The notes below the pieces were generated by a model. That model had not been told where the DNA came from, did no database searches, and was given only the letters and a program-made list of their open reading frames with translations. From Raillietiella orientalis (lineage: Eukaryota), in the NCBI GenBank assembly GCA_036172245.1, contig JAYWIR010000031.1:372001-436000 (forward strand): a stretch of DNA of 64,000 nt, given 5' to 3'. A program made the translations under genes and the position numbers. Shown piece after piece: positions 11,422-24,881 of this stretch. The stretch's first letter is position 1. Each line of letters starts with the position of its first letter.

Positions 11422-14400
11422 ATGGATTTGATCCGTAGTGGAATTAAATCTGTTCTAGGATCACAAGCTTCCTTGAATGGAACAAAGGATGCTGAAACAG
11501 TAAGAACAGATATACTATGTCATTTCAATAGAAAAAAATATTAAAATGTTTTTCTCCCTAAAGGTTGAAAGATTGATTGATCGCATCCAGTCTTCTACTT
11601 TGCTGGAGGATCGACGGGATGCATGTAGAGCAGTTAAGGTAATTCAAAAAAATGCGATTGAATTTATGTTACAGATAGTCTGAGCTGGAAATGAAGTTGT
11701 ATTTTACTTTTATTGACTGAAACAGTTGTCTTATTAACTTTATTTCCTTCTCTTTTTACAAAAATCCTACACTTAAACACTTTGTTTTGTTATCACTGGT
11801 TTCAAATTTATGATTGTTAATTTGTTTATATATCGAATTTGCAATATAGGAATGCTATGCTGTATTTTGCAGTCACTTTCTAAACGATACCGTGTTGAAG
11901 TTGGAGCAAAAGGAATGGATACCATGATACAAGTACTAGAACAAGACTTTAATGATGCTGCAATTTCAAATTATGCCTTGACAACGTTATGTAATATAAC
12001 CAGCCCACAACTTCATGATGAAGAATGTAAAAAAATTTTTAAACTCCTTTTATTTTTTCTATGAACTTGTACTGTCAGTGGAAATACAAGCTCAGAAATC
12101 TGGGAAAGTATATCCAACTCTTGGTGAAGAATTCACAGAAATATTTATCAAGAAAATAAAGAATGTTAATGTTATTTTAAATGCACTGGATAATTATGAT
12201 TTCTATGTGAGATGGCCTGCTCTTAAGCTTCTAACAAATCTCCTAAAAAATAAGTGAGAAGATTATGCCATTAATCATTTCTTGCAATTTTCTGAATTTA
12301 TTAGAAGTAAAGAGCTTCAACAGTGTGTTTTAATCAACCCAATGGGAATTTCCAAGTTGATGGACATGTTATCTGACAGCTGTGAAGTAATAAGAAATGA
12401 TGTAAGCGACACTTTCAGTACTATATGAAACAGTAATCTCATGTTTTCTTGTAAAGTTTTTGGTTTTTCGTGATAACCTAAAGTGGTTTCATGTTCATGC
12501 ATAAGTGTCATTTGAATGTCAATGTTTAAGAATCATGATATGATATGAATGATGAAGAATCATGCTAAAATTCAGATAAAGATTTTGATGCAACTTGTTT
12601 TAATTTTATTTTGAATTCATTGTTGGTATTGTGTGATATGCTTGTATGTGCCCTGTATTTTGTATCTGCTACTGTTTCCATGTTCCAGACTTTAGTTCTC
12701 CTTCATGAACTCACTAAAGGAAATGCTAATATCCAAAAGATTGTAGCCTTTGAGAATGGCTTTGAAAGATTACTGGATGTATTGCAGAATGAAGGTTATT
12801 CAGAAGGTGGTATCGTGGTGGAGGACTGTCTTCTAGTATTGTTAAACCTACTTAAGCACAATATTTCTAATCATAGTTTCTTTCATGAAGGTAATTGTTG
12901 AAAGATGGAGTATAGTCTATTGTCTCATCTGCTGCAGGAAATTTTATCTGCAAATTGGCTCCATTTTTTGAGTGGACCTCCAGCTCAGAATGTAATCTAG
13001 GATGGCCTTCTCAGAGGGTATCCAATGTATTGCACATGCTGCAGGTAGATAATAATTGAAATACCAAAAGGAGCATCAGATATTCACAATAAAGATTCAC
13101 AGTGTGAGGACAAATTATTGTGTGGATAATTGGAATTCATTGTAGGTGATTCGTACCTTGGTATCCCCTGCAAATCCAACTCAGGTCACATCTTGCTGTC
13201 AGGTTGCCATGCATAATAGTCAGCTATTGGGCACTCTATGTCGTGTCCTTACTTCTAATGATGTTCCTGTGGACATTCTGGATGAAACTATTTGTGCTGT
13301 AGGAGAAATAATGAGGAACAACGAAACAAATCAGGATTATTTTGATGGAATGGTTGCACCATCTACACCACCAAGGTGACAAATACTTTTTGTTTACTGC
13401 ATTTGTGATTTCTAGTATGTAGGCCACTGATTATTGTGCTTCTGATGTCTATGGTAAATGAAACACAAGTATCAACAAGGCGTTGCGCCATTCTTTATTG
13501 TTTCCAGTGCTTTTTATATCACAATAAGAAAGGGCAACAAAAGATCGTTCAAACTCTCCTTCCTGCATCTGCTGAAGGTATTGAAAGCTACCTTTTGGCC
13601 ATTTTTTAACAAGCATCGATATTCAGTGGCTGCAGTTACGGAAGGACAGCTGCTTTGCCGTGGTCTCTTTAGTTCTGATCCCTTGTCTAAATGGTTGGCA
13701 GCTGTAGCATTGTCCCATGTATTGTTAGACAATGTTGCACAGAAGGAAGAGCTGCTTCGGGTTCAGTTGGCCACCAGTTATAATCAGCCATCGATATCTC
13801 TGTTGCAACAATGTTTAGCATTGCTTATTAAGGTGTGCCATCCTTTAGAAGGCAATAAATTGTGTTTGTTACAGGTCAATCATGTCCAGCCACGAGTTGG
13901 CATATTGATGCTCCTGTCTTCTTGGTTGGCATGCTGCCCAGTAGCAGTCAGTCATTTTCTTACTCTTCCTCATGCCATCTCTTATTTGATGGCACAAGTT
14001 TCAATCCAAGACTGTTCAGATGAGCTCGATATTGTTTGCCAAGGACTGTGTGCTCTCTTGTTGGCCCTATGTGTGCATTTTAATAACAATACAGTTGCAG
14101 CATTTACGAGGTGTAGTCTGGCACAGCTTATTGAGAAACGTGTTGGTTTAGAGACATTTCTTACGAAATTATCAGCAGTTTCCAAACATGAATTATATAA
14201 CCAGGCTCACAAGCAACCACAACTCCACTATCCACATTCTACACAGCTACTCTTTGACCACGAGTTCTGCAAATTTTTTAGGATGCTTGAAGGTATAATC
14301 TGTGCCTAAAAGATTGGTGAGAAGCAGATTTCAGCCACTTTGTTGAGGACGCTGACCTCAGTTTGTGACCTTGCTGGTAACAGTTCTCCTACTCCAGAGG

Positions 14401-14939
14401 AAGATGGCATTCGGCAGCAGTTAGAAATAACTTTGCAGAACAAAGATGAGCAGATTAACCAATTGCAAGAAAAAGTGGATATTCTTCAACAAAAGAATGC
14501 ATCTTTACAAGTAAGGTGGTTTTACTATGATTTCTTTTTCCCTATAGTAGTTTGATAGTGTAAGTATGAGCAGCTACAACAAACACTGCAATCCCAGCAG
14601 AATCACACAAGCGGGGAGGTTCAACCTGAAAAAGGTAATAAAAGAGCATGTTCCTCGAATGAATAGAATATATATGTTTTTCTTGTAGATCAACCGGATT
14701 TGTTCAAAGAATTGCAAACAGCTAGGCAGGAAATTGAGAAATTGAAAACCGATCAAGAAGATTTGCTGATCTTGCTCTCGGATCAGGAGTCTAAGCTGAT
14801 TTCATACAGAAAAAGGTTGATTCTCTTAGGGGAGCAGGTAGGATGACGATGATATGTTTTTAACCTTCTAATTCTGCCAAAGCTTGATGATGATGATGAT
14901 GAAGCAGACCATCTTGATGAATGTGATATCATTAAATAA
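11422..14939 (+). CDS. USO1: General vesicular transport factor p115 (USO1), ~15 exons, ~780 aa
   Basis: Spliced translation MDLIRSGIKSVLG...DAET|VERLIDRIQSSTLLEDRRDACRAVK|SLSKRYRVEVG...PMGISKLMDMLSDSCEVIRND|...IQKIVAFENGFERLLD...GGIVVEDCL...EELLRVQLAT...DQEDLLILLSDQ plus acidic tail LDDDDDE; canonical GT-AG introns (e.g. 11500-11563, 11639-11872); stop TAA 14937-14939. Confidence 0.95.
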
Positions 14940-15249
14940 TATGACATTTTTAGTCTTTCGGACATTTCCAGTTCTTGATTTTTTATTACCTCGGATTATT
15001 CCGAGGATTTTAAGACGCCATCATCTGGAAACATTAACATACAAAATTCATTGCTGCAACCATTGATTCTTGTCAGTATCTGTGGCACCCCAGGGTGTTA
15101 TCAGAGATCAGCAATTCCTGCAGGCTACAGTTTTTTGCACAACACTGAACAGAACCACAAGTAACTGCAAATAGGATCAAATCATACACAAAACGTAGCC
15201 TATGCAATCGGAAATACGATCTGTCACACAAAGTACCTATCACGTTTTT

Positions 15250-17960
15250 TCATGATCCAGCATCGGTTGCAAGTTTTTTACCGAGGTGATCCATTTAATG
15301 ACTTTATATGTCAATCAGGAAAATGTGACAAGACTGGTCCATTGACAAGCAAAATTAGAAATTTAGAAAAGTCGAATTTCACGATGAGTCGATTGATCTG
15401 ACCACGAATTCAGTTTTCTCCCTCACCTAGTAAGAGTAATAAAGGGTGTTCGCTGAATCCCCAACCCGCCAATGCGTACGCCCTGATGCATTCAATCTTT
15501 GCATGCGCTAAGATTGTATCCAAGTTTGTTACTACTGTTACTGTGAAATCGGATGCAGAATAAAAATGCAGAGTGTCATAGAGTTTTTGCCTCATTTTAC
15601 GAGCATCGAGTCAATTTTTATTCTTCGGATGCTTATTTCCGTGTTCATGATTTCATCGCCACTTTTATTTTCTGCTTTTGGAAGCAAAATGCATTTGGTT
15701 TTTGCAGCAGCACCCCATAACGGCAAACACGTTGGATGCCGTGGTGGCTGTTGCTTTTGATTCAAGAAATGTCGAAACTTGAAATGCCTTCTTCAATTGC
15801 GCTTAAACGGGAAGTGCATCGAGTTGATATTTCGAACGTCATCTCTACAAGTTAAAGAATGACCAGGCTTCCCGTGTTTCTGGTACAGTTTCACCCCCGC
15901 AGGCTGCTGAGGACTCGTTCAGGTCAGATAGGGAAAACGCTGCCACGTTGGTATAGCAGCACTCGGTCAACTTTCAGCAATTTGCAGAGTTTTCCTCATT
16001 TTGCGTTGCATCTTTTCCAGCCGTGTTCCATTTCTATTTTTCCTTGTGCGTGCTGGCCTTCTACATCTTTTCGATCTTTCGCGCAACCTTTTGCCAGTAC
16101 CAGCTTCATACAAGTTTTGTGTAAAAGTGAAATGCACAGCAGCACGTTTCTCTTTCGCTCGTTCTTTTTGCACGCATTTTCAATGAAATCGCCTTGAATG
16201 GAAACCTTGAAACCTTTTTCCAGATTCTTGTTATCTTTGCAAGCTAGTTTGTAGTTTCGTAAATAGGACAGTTCGTTCAAGTCATTTGCTACTACTATTT
16301 GCTGAATGATTTTTCATCCATGAGGCGCCACTTCTCGAGTTCCTTTCCTGTCTGTCCCGAGATTTGCAGTTCTCTTGTTAGCTTTCTGTAACATAAATAC
16401 ATCTCCTTGCAAATATCACAGTGCTCAAAATGCTGACGAAGGGTGCAGCTTTTTGCATGCATTGCATTTGCTTGACGCTAACCGTCTGCGTGGTGCTTCT
16501 GCCTATCTTGCCGCTACATCTGCCTATCTTCGTCGCTTACGAAAATCTTGTTCATTAATTGGGAGTAAATTGACGGTATTCTGTATTGATATTTACGGTA
16601 CGGTGTACCGGTTTCACATTGTAAAAGTGATAAGTTGGTAACAGTGAGAAACCAGAAGGAATTGTTTGGCAACTGTTCGTCCGATGCTCTTTCTTAATTA
16701 AGCCACGTCGTGCATCCAGAATTCTCGAGCAGTTCTTAATACATCTTATCACGTAAGAAAAAACAAAACACGTTGATTTCTCAACCAGTCCGGGCATCTT
16801 CCATAGTTCCGAATTCAGCATACAAATGATTCGAAAATTGCTCGTCCCGAATTCTCCGGTCCGCAAGACCGAGAAGTTCTTTCGCGTTGAATTGTCCAAA
16901 GGACGCTTTCTTTTAAATTGACAGAGGCTTAAGGGATGCCTAGGGGATGCTGAGGAGCTGATAGAACTGCTAGGATATCATTAAGAACTGTCTCCCAAAG
17001 AAGTAGCGAAGCTATTGTACCTGCGAGAGTAACCGAACAGCGGAGGGGCCTGCAAACGTTCAAGTAATAGCCTGGACATTGGCGGTGGTCAAAAAATAAG
17101 AAGAATCAAAAATAATCGATAGAAATTTCTCATGAATTATTCCTAACAAGATTTCTTTAGATAGTTGGGCCGAAGAGATAAGCTGTTTCTGATAATCACC
17201 TTCAAATCAGAGGTTGCATGGTATTCAGATTTACAAAACCTCGAACACGGTTACCAGGTTTCTCCGCAATCTTGAGATAACATTTTCTATTTTATCATAG
17301 CAGACTATTCGGAATTAAATGCTTGCCACAAAAAAGACTTCTCCAGAAAAACAGTACACTACGATTCCGTTGTCTGAATTCATGCGTAGGTTTTGGTCGA
17401 GGTTGCTAAAATTTTATTCAACAGAAATTTGCTGTATGGCTTAAACCTTATCTCTATCATGTCGTCTAGTTTCTACAATACTTAAAAACTTGTCTTTTAC
17501 TACGGCTGATTGTTTTCATTCTAGTGTCTTCTGCAAGTGATGAGCCAAAAAAATGGATGTGACATAATTTTCTTTTCTTTACAAGAAAAAAACGAAACTT
17601 TCATTCCATGTTCGGATTCCAAATACTACCTGGCTGCTCTTTTTTTAAAGTTTTTCCATTTGAAAGCCAGTGAAATCACTGTCCCAACATATGGCTTAAG
17701 GGGCATAAGCAGTTTTGAAACCAAGCTTCCAATCGGCTTTCGAGAATGCCTTTACCGTAAAAGAAATACTTTGTATTTGTACTGTATCAAAGCTCCAGTA
17801 CTCTTGATCCTAGTACTGCATAGCACCAAGGAAGCGGCCACGAGAAGGCTGCATACATGCAACGGGCCTGAGGGTTTCTTTCGAGATACAATTTAAAAGA
17901 TTTCAACACCAAAAATTGGAAAGGAAAGCATTTATTCACGGAGAACCGGCTTCTTTTTTA
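15250..17960 (-). pseudogene. Near full-length intronless Argonaute pseudogene
   Basis: Colinear remnants: GNRVRGFVNLN and LSETAYLFGP (L1), LRYFFGRQF (PAZ), KRKRPLDNSTRKNF...CSRIL (L2), KRCNAK*GK (~16013-15990; KINAKLGG), IQRVCRYGV (15737-15711; IIVYRDGV), QKLYDTLHFY (QKRHHTRLF), NLDTILAHAK...ALAGWGFSEHP...LGEGEN (VVDT.I.HP...SHAGIQGTSRP...VLWDEN) in ORF 15410-15595. Confidence 0.75.
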
Positions 17961-19199
17961 AGATACACTATGAATGGCGCATGACCAAAGTTCCGATTGG
18001 CAGCACGAAACACTGAAGTTGAAACTCCTCGACATGGCTCTCGAGTCTTTAGCCGTTTCCTACGAAACGCACACACTTCGTAGAGACGTCAACGATGCTC
18101 ACGAACGCCAAATGCTTGGCTTGAATTCCGTTTGTCAATTCGAACCCGAGATTCCGTAAGGGAGGCTGGCGTCCAAAGTCCGACTTCATCAACGGAGAAC
18201 AGCCAATCTCGCAAACTCTGAAGTTGCAGAATCAATTCAAAAATCCAACATCCAACACCTGATGGAATGGAAAATGCGCACACGAATATGCAATTACAAG
18301 TAACTGATTTCTACTACTTGATTCTCAATACGATACACCTACTCAACTAACAAAAAGGAACAAAGTCATATTCAGTCAAGTGTTGTGAGAATGGTAAGTT
18401 CAACATGAAACACAGAAAGTCTCATCTTCTACAGCAATCAGCAAATCATGCAACCATGAGTGAAACAATGGCATTCTCGTACCGCAAATCGTGCCTGCTT
18501 TCTAATTTAACGGATGCAAAATCTGATCAGCTGCAAGAAATTCTACCATAAAGAAACCTGCATTGAGAGCAAACTGGGAATTTGCTACATTTGGAAAAGA
18601 CCTGGCTAGCTAGAAAACTTGCAATAGTCCATGTTCCACCAGAAATCAAAAATAAACGTTGTCTTGGATATGTCATTTTTCCATGATTTGATATTTTGAT
18701 GAAGCTTTGATATTTCCACGTTAGCAACAAGGCTTTTCTTGACTGGCAATCTCCAGCATATGCCACGTTTCCATCGATGATCCCCAAATAGTTCTCATCA
18801 AACTTTTTCTCTGCATGCTGTTTCCTAATCTAACTTTTGTTGGGTATTTCAACTCTATCATGTATATCCTGGAAAAATATTAACAACCTGTTTTCTCATG
18901 CTATTTTAAATAACTGGAGGAGATGGCAAACATTAGTCACGAGTCCTATAAGCCATGAAAATGAAAGCTCTTCAATCAACCTGCAAGAAAAGCATGCTCA
19001 AAATGCAAACTACGATAGGGAAATGTGCTTGACACTGACTGTACAAAACACGTATATAAATACATATATCTAAATAAAAAAGGAGGCATTACGCATGCTC
19101 GATTTCACATGAGCCACATCAAATTACATGATGCAGCCTTGATTTCTGATAAAGAGTAATAACCACTGAAATCTTTGCAAATAGAAGAACACTATTCAT

Positions 19200-22100
19200 T
19201 CAAGCATGAAAATCCAGTAATAATTGACCATCCTTGTTGCAAACTTGAACGCAGCCATCGGAATAGTGAGTTTCTTGTTGGCCGTCATGATACACATACT
19301 TGATAGTGCCGTCTGGATACAACCATTTCTAAATCAACACATTCATTGATTCCTAGTGGAGATCGAGAACTACCTTGAAATTCTGCGACTTAAATTCTTT
19401 CAAACCATCAGGAAACACCACTGTTCTTGTGCCGTCTGCTTTCTTCTCTACATGAGTACCGTCAGGAAGTCTGATCTCTTCTGAACGATTCGAATAAATA
19501 ATTCGCTGATGACCGTCAGGAAATGTTATTATGATTTTACCATCTGGACAGTGGTATTCCTTCTGACCACTAGAATCTAAGGGAATAGAGAAAAAAAGAG
19601 AAAAAAAACTTACCTACTGAATTCTACAAACTGAATGCCGTTGGGATAAGTAGTGTGTTTTACTTGAGCTGCAGCATGGAGATAGACAACAGTCCCATTA
19701 TCCAAATGCTCCTCCACATCCCCATTGGGAAACAGGATGCGACATTCTTTATTCGTTTTTCCAGAAACGACAAATCCTCCTTTGGGAAGCATATGCAGCT
19801 GTCTGTTTCTCAAAACCGGTAATTCATCTTCTATGACTTCTGGTTTCATTAATTCTTCAGCATCTTCAGACTGATGTTTCAAGCAGTCTTCAATCACCGA
19901 TGCATGTGGCTCATCCTGTGAATTTCTGCTCCCAACAACCAGTTGAGGTGTTTGCGTGTCACTTTCACCTGCTAACTGACTTCTTGGATTATCTTGCATT
20001 AAGTCACACACCTGAACAGATGTGGAAATCGCATCCTTATTTGCAGCGGAGGTAGATTCAGGTGGCGGTTTGCTGCATATCAGTGCTGAAGTAATCTTAT
20101 CTGCATCATTAGTGCCAAGGCATCCTTCTGTTTTCTGCAATGCTGCATTGTGTTGATCTAGTTGGTATATACTTTCTGATATGGACTTTTGAGGACAAAC
20201 TTCACAAATAACAATCTCGCTGCTAAAATGTGTGACAGCTTGAACTGGCTTCTCCAAAATAGCCATTTTGTTCTCTTTTACAAATTTGCTTAACTTTGTA
20301 TTCAGCCTATTAAAGCTGAACCCTGCTTTATGCTGTTGCTTTCCCTGCAACATTTGGTTGCTAATACTACTCACTGATCTCCACTAACCTGTGGTGCTTC
20401 TTTGTTGACTGAAGAATTACCTACTTCTTTCAGAATTTGATTCTGTCTTTCAAGAGTTTTGATCTTCTCTTGCAATTTCAAGCGACTCAAGGAATTTTGC
20501 CTATCTTTAGCTTTCAGTTGTTTCTCAAGTTGTTCAATCTGCGAAAGCTTAAATAAATAGAATATATCGGAAGCATAATAACCTTGGCTGTCAGTGCACA
20601 GATTCTCTCACTCTCCTTCATGGCTTTCTGGTTCCGAAACCTTGCTTTATCGTTTTCCAGAGCTATCCGTTCCAACTTGACACGATTTTGTTCAGACAAC
20701 ACTATCTGGAGCATACGCCGCTTTTCCACTACCATATGTTGCTCAAATTGTTGTCTCTGATTTTGTATTGCCTCGGAGAGTTTCTGCAGTTGTTCAATAT
20801 GTTTCCTCAAGTCGGACTCATTTTCAATGCAAAATTGCCTCCCAGTCTTTACGCAGGTTTCACTTTTTTCTTTTGTTTTTTCACTCTCTAGACTTTCTGC
20901 CTTCTTCCGGTTTGTGGCTTCAGGACAAAAATTCACTTGATGCTTGCCAGCAACTTTGAGTTTTTTAAAGGACCCCGATCTGCTGTTTTTCTGATGAGGA
21001 GAAGAAAGCAGTGAAGTCTGCCTTGCTTGCAGAATGCCTTTCTTGCCAGATGCTGCATTTTGGACCTTAGTCTTCCCTGAATGAGATGTACACAGGAGTG
21101 TCTTTCCAGCATGCATGCCCTCTTTTGGTTCGTCAGATATCTTATTTTCCATACTGTTAAACAAGTTATTCAGATGCACAATCAAATCCGAATGCTCATC
21201 TGGAAGAATGCCACCTTGGTTTGATTGAAAAAGTGTTCGCATGTGTACAGGTTGATTATTATCTTTTTGATCATGCAGATGAGCTGGATGCTTGACTTCA
21301 TTTCTGATGCATGATTCTTCTGGAGACAGTTGTTGTTTCAAAGGAATGTCTTTTAATGGTTTGCCCAGTTGATCCATGGGATCACATTCCTGAACACAAA
21401 CGGCAGCTGATTTTCCAACTTCCATCGATATTTCTTCAATATCTGTTTCCCAATCGGAGTTCGAATCAGCTCTGCTGCTTCTCTCTTGTACATCATGGGC
21501 ACTGTGATCATCAGGTGAACTCGGATAAGATTTAATTGGGCTAATAACCGGAGTCAACAAAAACTCCGAATGCTTATTTTTTGTAGGCGTAGAGGTGATA
21601 TCATTTGAGTTGGCAGACTTACTTAAGTATATCAGATTATGAACTTTCGAAGAACTAGAATTAAAACTTGAATGTTCAACAATTTCTTCTAATTTTTCAA
21701 ACACCGCTAGTTCTGCTTTTTCTTTCTGAAATCATAATTTTTTGTGTGATGGATCGTAAACCTACCAGCTAATTCTTTCATTTTCACCGCAATTCAACTA
21801 AAATAACTCAACTCAACCGTTCATTTAAGCTGTCTCGAATTTTTAAAATTTAAATACTCAATAAGATTAAGATTGCCTAAATTAAAGCACCACGACTTTC
21901 ACATGCTACGATAATTGGAAATTACCTTATGCACGTCTGGTACCCTAGGGAATGATTTGTTTTCGTGCACATCACACTTGACGTATTGCAAGATTTCATT
22001 ACACCTTTTTATTTTGTCCAGGAAATTGATACCAGCTGATGTATTGGAACTTATTTTCACTCTGTTCTCATTCTCGCAATCAGGCTTACAATCCGAATAT

Positions 22101-22246
22101 TTCTTTTTTGTATTCGGACAAAGTCCGGGAGCGGTACGCAGATTCATCCGGAATCTACGCAAACCATCCCCCTTTTTGAGATATTGTTTCTCTTTAGTGC
22201 ACGCCACCAAATGGTCGGCTACTTTTCCTGGATCCTCCTCCGTCAT
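19200..22246 (-). CDS. CENPJ: Centriolar protein CENPJ/CPAP/SAS-4, copy 1 (multi-exon)
   Basis: N-terminal QYLKKGDGLRRF (PN2-3 tubulin-binding FLKRGEGLARF) and ELAVFEKLEE, central coiled coil, C-terminal TCP10/G-box repeats (FPNGD, YPNG, FPDG, YPDGTIKYVYHDGQQETHYSDGCVQVCNKDGQLLLD); stop at 19200-19202. Start codon and the small exon near 21765-21800 are uncertain. Confidence 0.92.
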
Positions 22247-23049
22247 TATTCACTCTTTAATCGAAACTTATCCTCCGGAAAACATGACCAAACGAGAACG
22301 AACCGGCAGCCCCAAGGAGCCAGGTGCAGTTCACCCGCGTTACAAGCACCACCATACCATCGGCTACCACCCTCCTCCAACTGATCGCAAACAAGTCGAT
22401 CGAGTTTGGCGCTTCCAAAAGCAGGGCTTACAAGGCTCTTCGAGTCTCGTCTGGTGAAACTCGCGTTTTTTGTGTGTTACAAATCCAACTTCCAGAATAC
22501 GTTATTTCCAGAAACCTCAAATAGAAGATTTAAAAATAAGTTTTATTTGATACTATGAACTGCAATTCATGTCACGAAGCATTTTGGATTTTCGCAATGT
22601 ACTTGCTCTTAGGCCTCAAAAGCTGGCTGTCTGCTTTCTTTCGTCTTGCTGCACACACTTTTTATGGTGATGATCATGACAAAATTAGGGATTATCTACT
22701 ACCAATATTCATCCGATCATTGCAACAACATGCTACGAAATGGTGTTTAATAAGCTGAATTCACAAAGGACAAATACATCGAACTGAAGGCAACAGGCTT
22801 TCTCAAAGCACGGATCTCAAAGTATTCGAGAGCTGCACAATAATTGGGAATCTTCATTCGCTTTAAAATTTCCTATTCATAATTATTATTCTTCATAAAA
22901 AAATAACGATGTGAGACATTACAAAAAACACGAGCTGCTCAAAGAAGAAAACAAACGATAACAGCCATAACAGATGTTTGAATACTGTGATCAATACACA
23001 ATATCGTATTTCATAATAAGAAAATGCTTTTCAAACAATCGAAAACATC

Positions 23050-23900
23050 ACGCCAACGTAGGCAAGAAGCTTTCAAATACATCTTTCGGTTGGATCCAGC
23101 GCATTTCTTCGGAGTCATGCGTTCACAAAAATGAATAGGGTTAGAGGGCCCAGACTTATGGAGAAGCGAGCCGATTGAGGACTGATAAAACGACTCCATC
23201 CATCGAGCTTCATTCGATGCTGAGAGCCTGAAGTACTTCAGGCTTTCTGTTTCCCAGTCCGCCTATGTGGAAGTAATACAATTTCACCTTAGAAGAGGAA
23301 TTTATGAGTGAGCACACTTTGTGTACATTCCGGAGATCGAACTCAAGCAGATGTCCTAAAAGTCTCACAGATGCAAGTCTGGAAAGTACATGTTTGGAAA
23401 AAGGCATGCTCTTTAGTCATCTTTAGACTACGGTGAGCATGATGTATCCCTAGGAATACCTAGTCACCTTCTGACTTGGGTCGACGAAAGACGTCACTAA
23501 AACCTCGCAGCAAGACGGGAAACACTGCTATAAGTGACTTGTACCAGTGGCTCTTGTCTTCTACCTGTCTCTCCCGTATCGTCCTAATCAACGTAAGACG
23601 TTCCAAGAAATTCATTCACGGATTTGTCTATGCCGCTCGCGGTCCAGCTTTTCCCTTCACATCCAGAATCCGGAAAAAATAGCCTTCCCCGGGAATGAGT
23701 TTGTGATGAATAAAATGATCACTGATTCAAAAGTGTTGAGGAAGTGCTTCTATTTTCAAGAAAGGAAACGAACTTTCTCGGTGTGTGATACTACTTTCGA
23801 AACCACTCATGCTTTCCTCTCGATTTCTTGTTTAATCTTACGGATCTATGAGCGGAAGTGAATTGTAAGCTATGTTCCAGAAGGAATACTCCAATCCTGC
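23050..23900 (-). pseudogene. Probable decayed Argonaute fragment (N/L1-PAZ)
   Basis: Weak remnants: FVDPSQKV (L1 xDVSxK) and MESFYQSSIGSLL...NPIHFC (PAZ V..YY...L...P.E.C). Confidence 0.35.
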
Positions 23901-24238
23901 ACAACTATTTACCTGGAACAAGACTGCTAAATCTCAACGTAATCTTCTTTTACTGCTACAAGTCACTTCAGTTGCTTACAATGCAATATTACACAAATTC
24001 TAGAAGCTCATAAAATAATTGTCTTCCCAGAAATTCAAATCAGTGAAGACAGCAAGCACATTATTAGTAATTTTATTTGAATTCAATCCTCAATGGACTG
24101 AAATAATGTTCCATCTACAATTACAAGGCCAGCTTTCAGCCGTTTCTTTTTGATCCATAGCACCATGACAGGGCCATGAAAGGCAGACCAGCAAGCATTT
24201 CTTTCAAATTTATAAATAAAAGCAAGTAAAGCTTCATC

Positions 24239-24881
24239 TCAAATAAGAAACTTAGAGTTTTGGTGGATATGAGGAAGACGCAAGTACACATCTGTACCAA
24301 TTCCTTGCATGGAGTACAGTTGCAAACTTCCTCCCAGGTATTCAGCAAATGCTCGTGAAGAAGGTAATCCAAATCCATACCTTTAAGATCAATTTATGAT
24401 AACAATTGTTTAAATCGTTAGCATCAATGTATTACCCATGCATTTTAAGATCAGAAGGGCTCTCAATGAAATCACATAAAAGACCTCTATCCTGACCTGT
24501 TCTTTGTTTTGAAGTAGAAAAATTATATTTCATGACTTCATTTATCAAATCGTGACCAATTCCTCCTCCTCTATCAGAAATTCTGATTCACGTTAAAATG
24601 AAATACATGTATATATATATATATATATATAAAAGTGTACACAAATACCTGACAACAGAGTCAGTATTATTATTGGCTACTGTGACAAACACATCTGGTA
24701 TTGTATTTCCGTGAGCCTGGACAGAGTGTTCCATGGTTGCACTAATGCTTAATTAATCATGTATGAAAACAATGCTTCTTTACCTAGCTGTATTCTTCAA
24801 TAATTCAGGAATAATCTAATCTAATGGAATATCGATGTAAGGGAAATGGCATTTACATGTCCTGACAGCTTGAATGCTGGT
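24239..24881 (-). pseudogene. BCKDK: 5'-truncated BCKDK copy (part of exon 5 through stop)
   Basis: Duplicate of 59494-60137 ([26 protein letters not shown]); lacks exons 1-4 and has a 1-bp deletion near 24845. Confidence 0.9.

Larger units (their letters stand above)
13978..24881 (+). repeat. Segmental duplication, copy 1 (direct repeat of 49233-60137)
   Basis: Constant offset of 35255 bp and near-identical ORF tracks; about 20 substitutions seen by eye over 10.8 kb, with no indel until the last ~90 bp. Confidence 0.98.

Noticed and set aside
14884..15066. Poly-Met ORF (MMMMMMKQ...), also at 50139
   Set aside because: Alternate frame of the (GAT)n acidic tail in the last USO1 exon.
16780..16880. 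LYAEFGTMEDAR on the minus strand resembling an RRM RNP1
   Set aside because: Lies colinearly within the L2 region of the Argonaute pseudogene; no RNP2.
17974..18159. RDVNDAHER resembling a transposase ND.AER motif
   Set aside because: Single short match with no other transposase motifs or TIRs.
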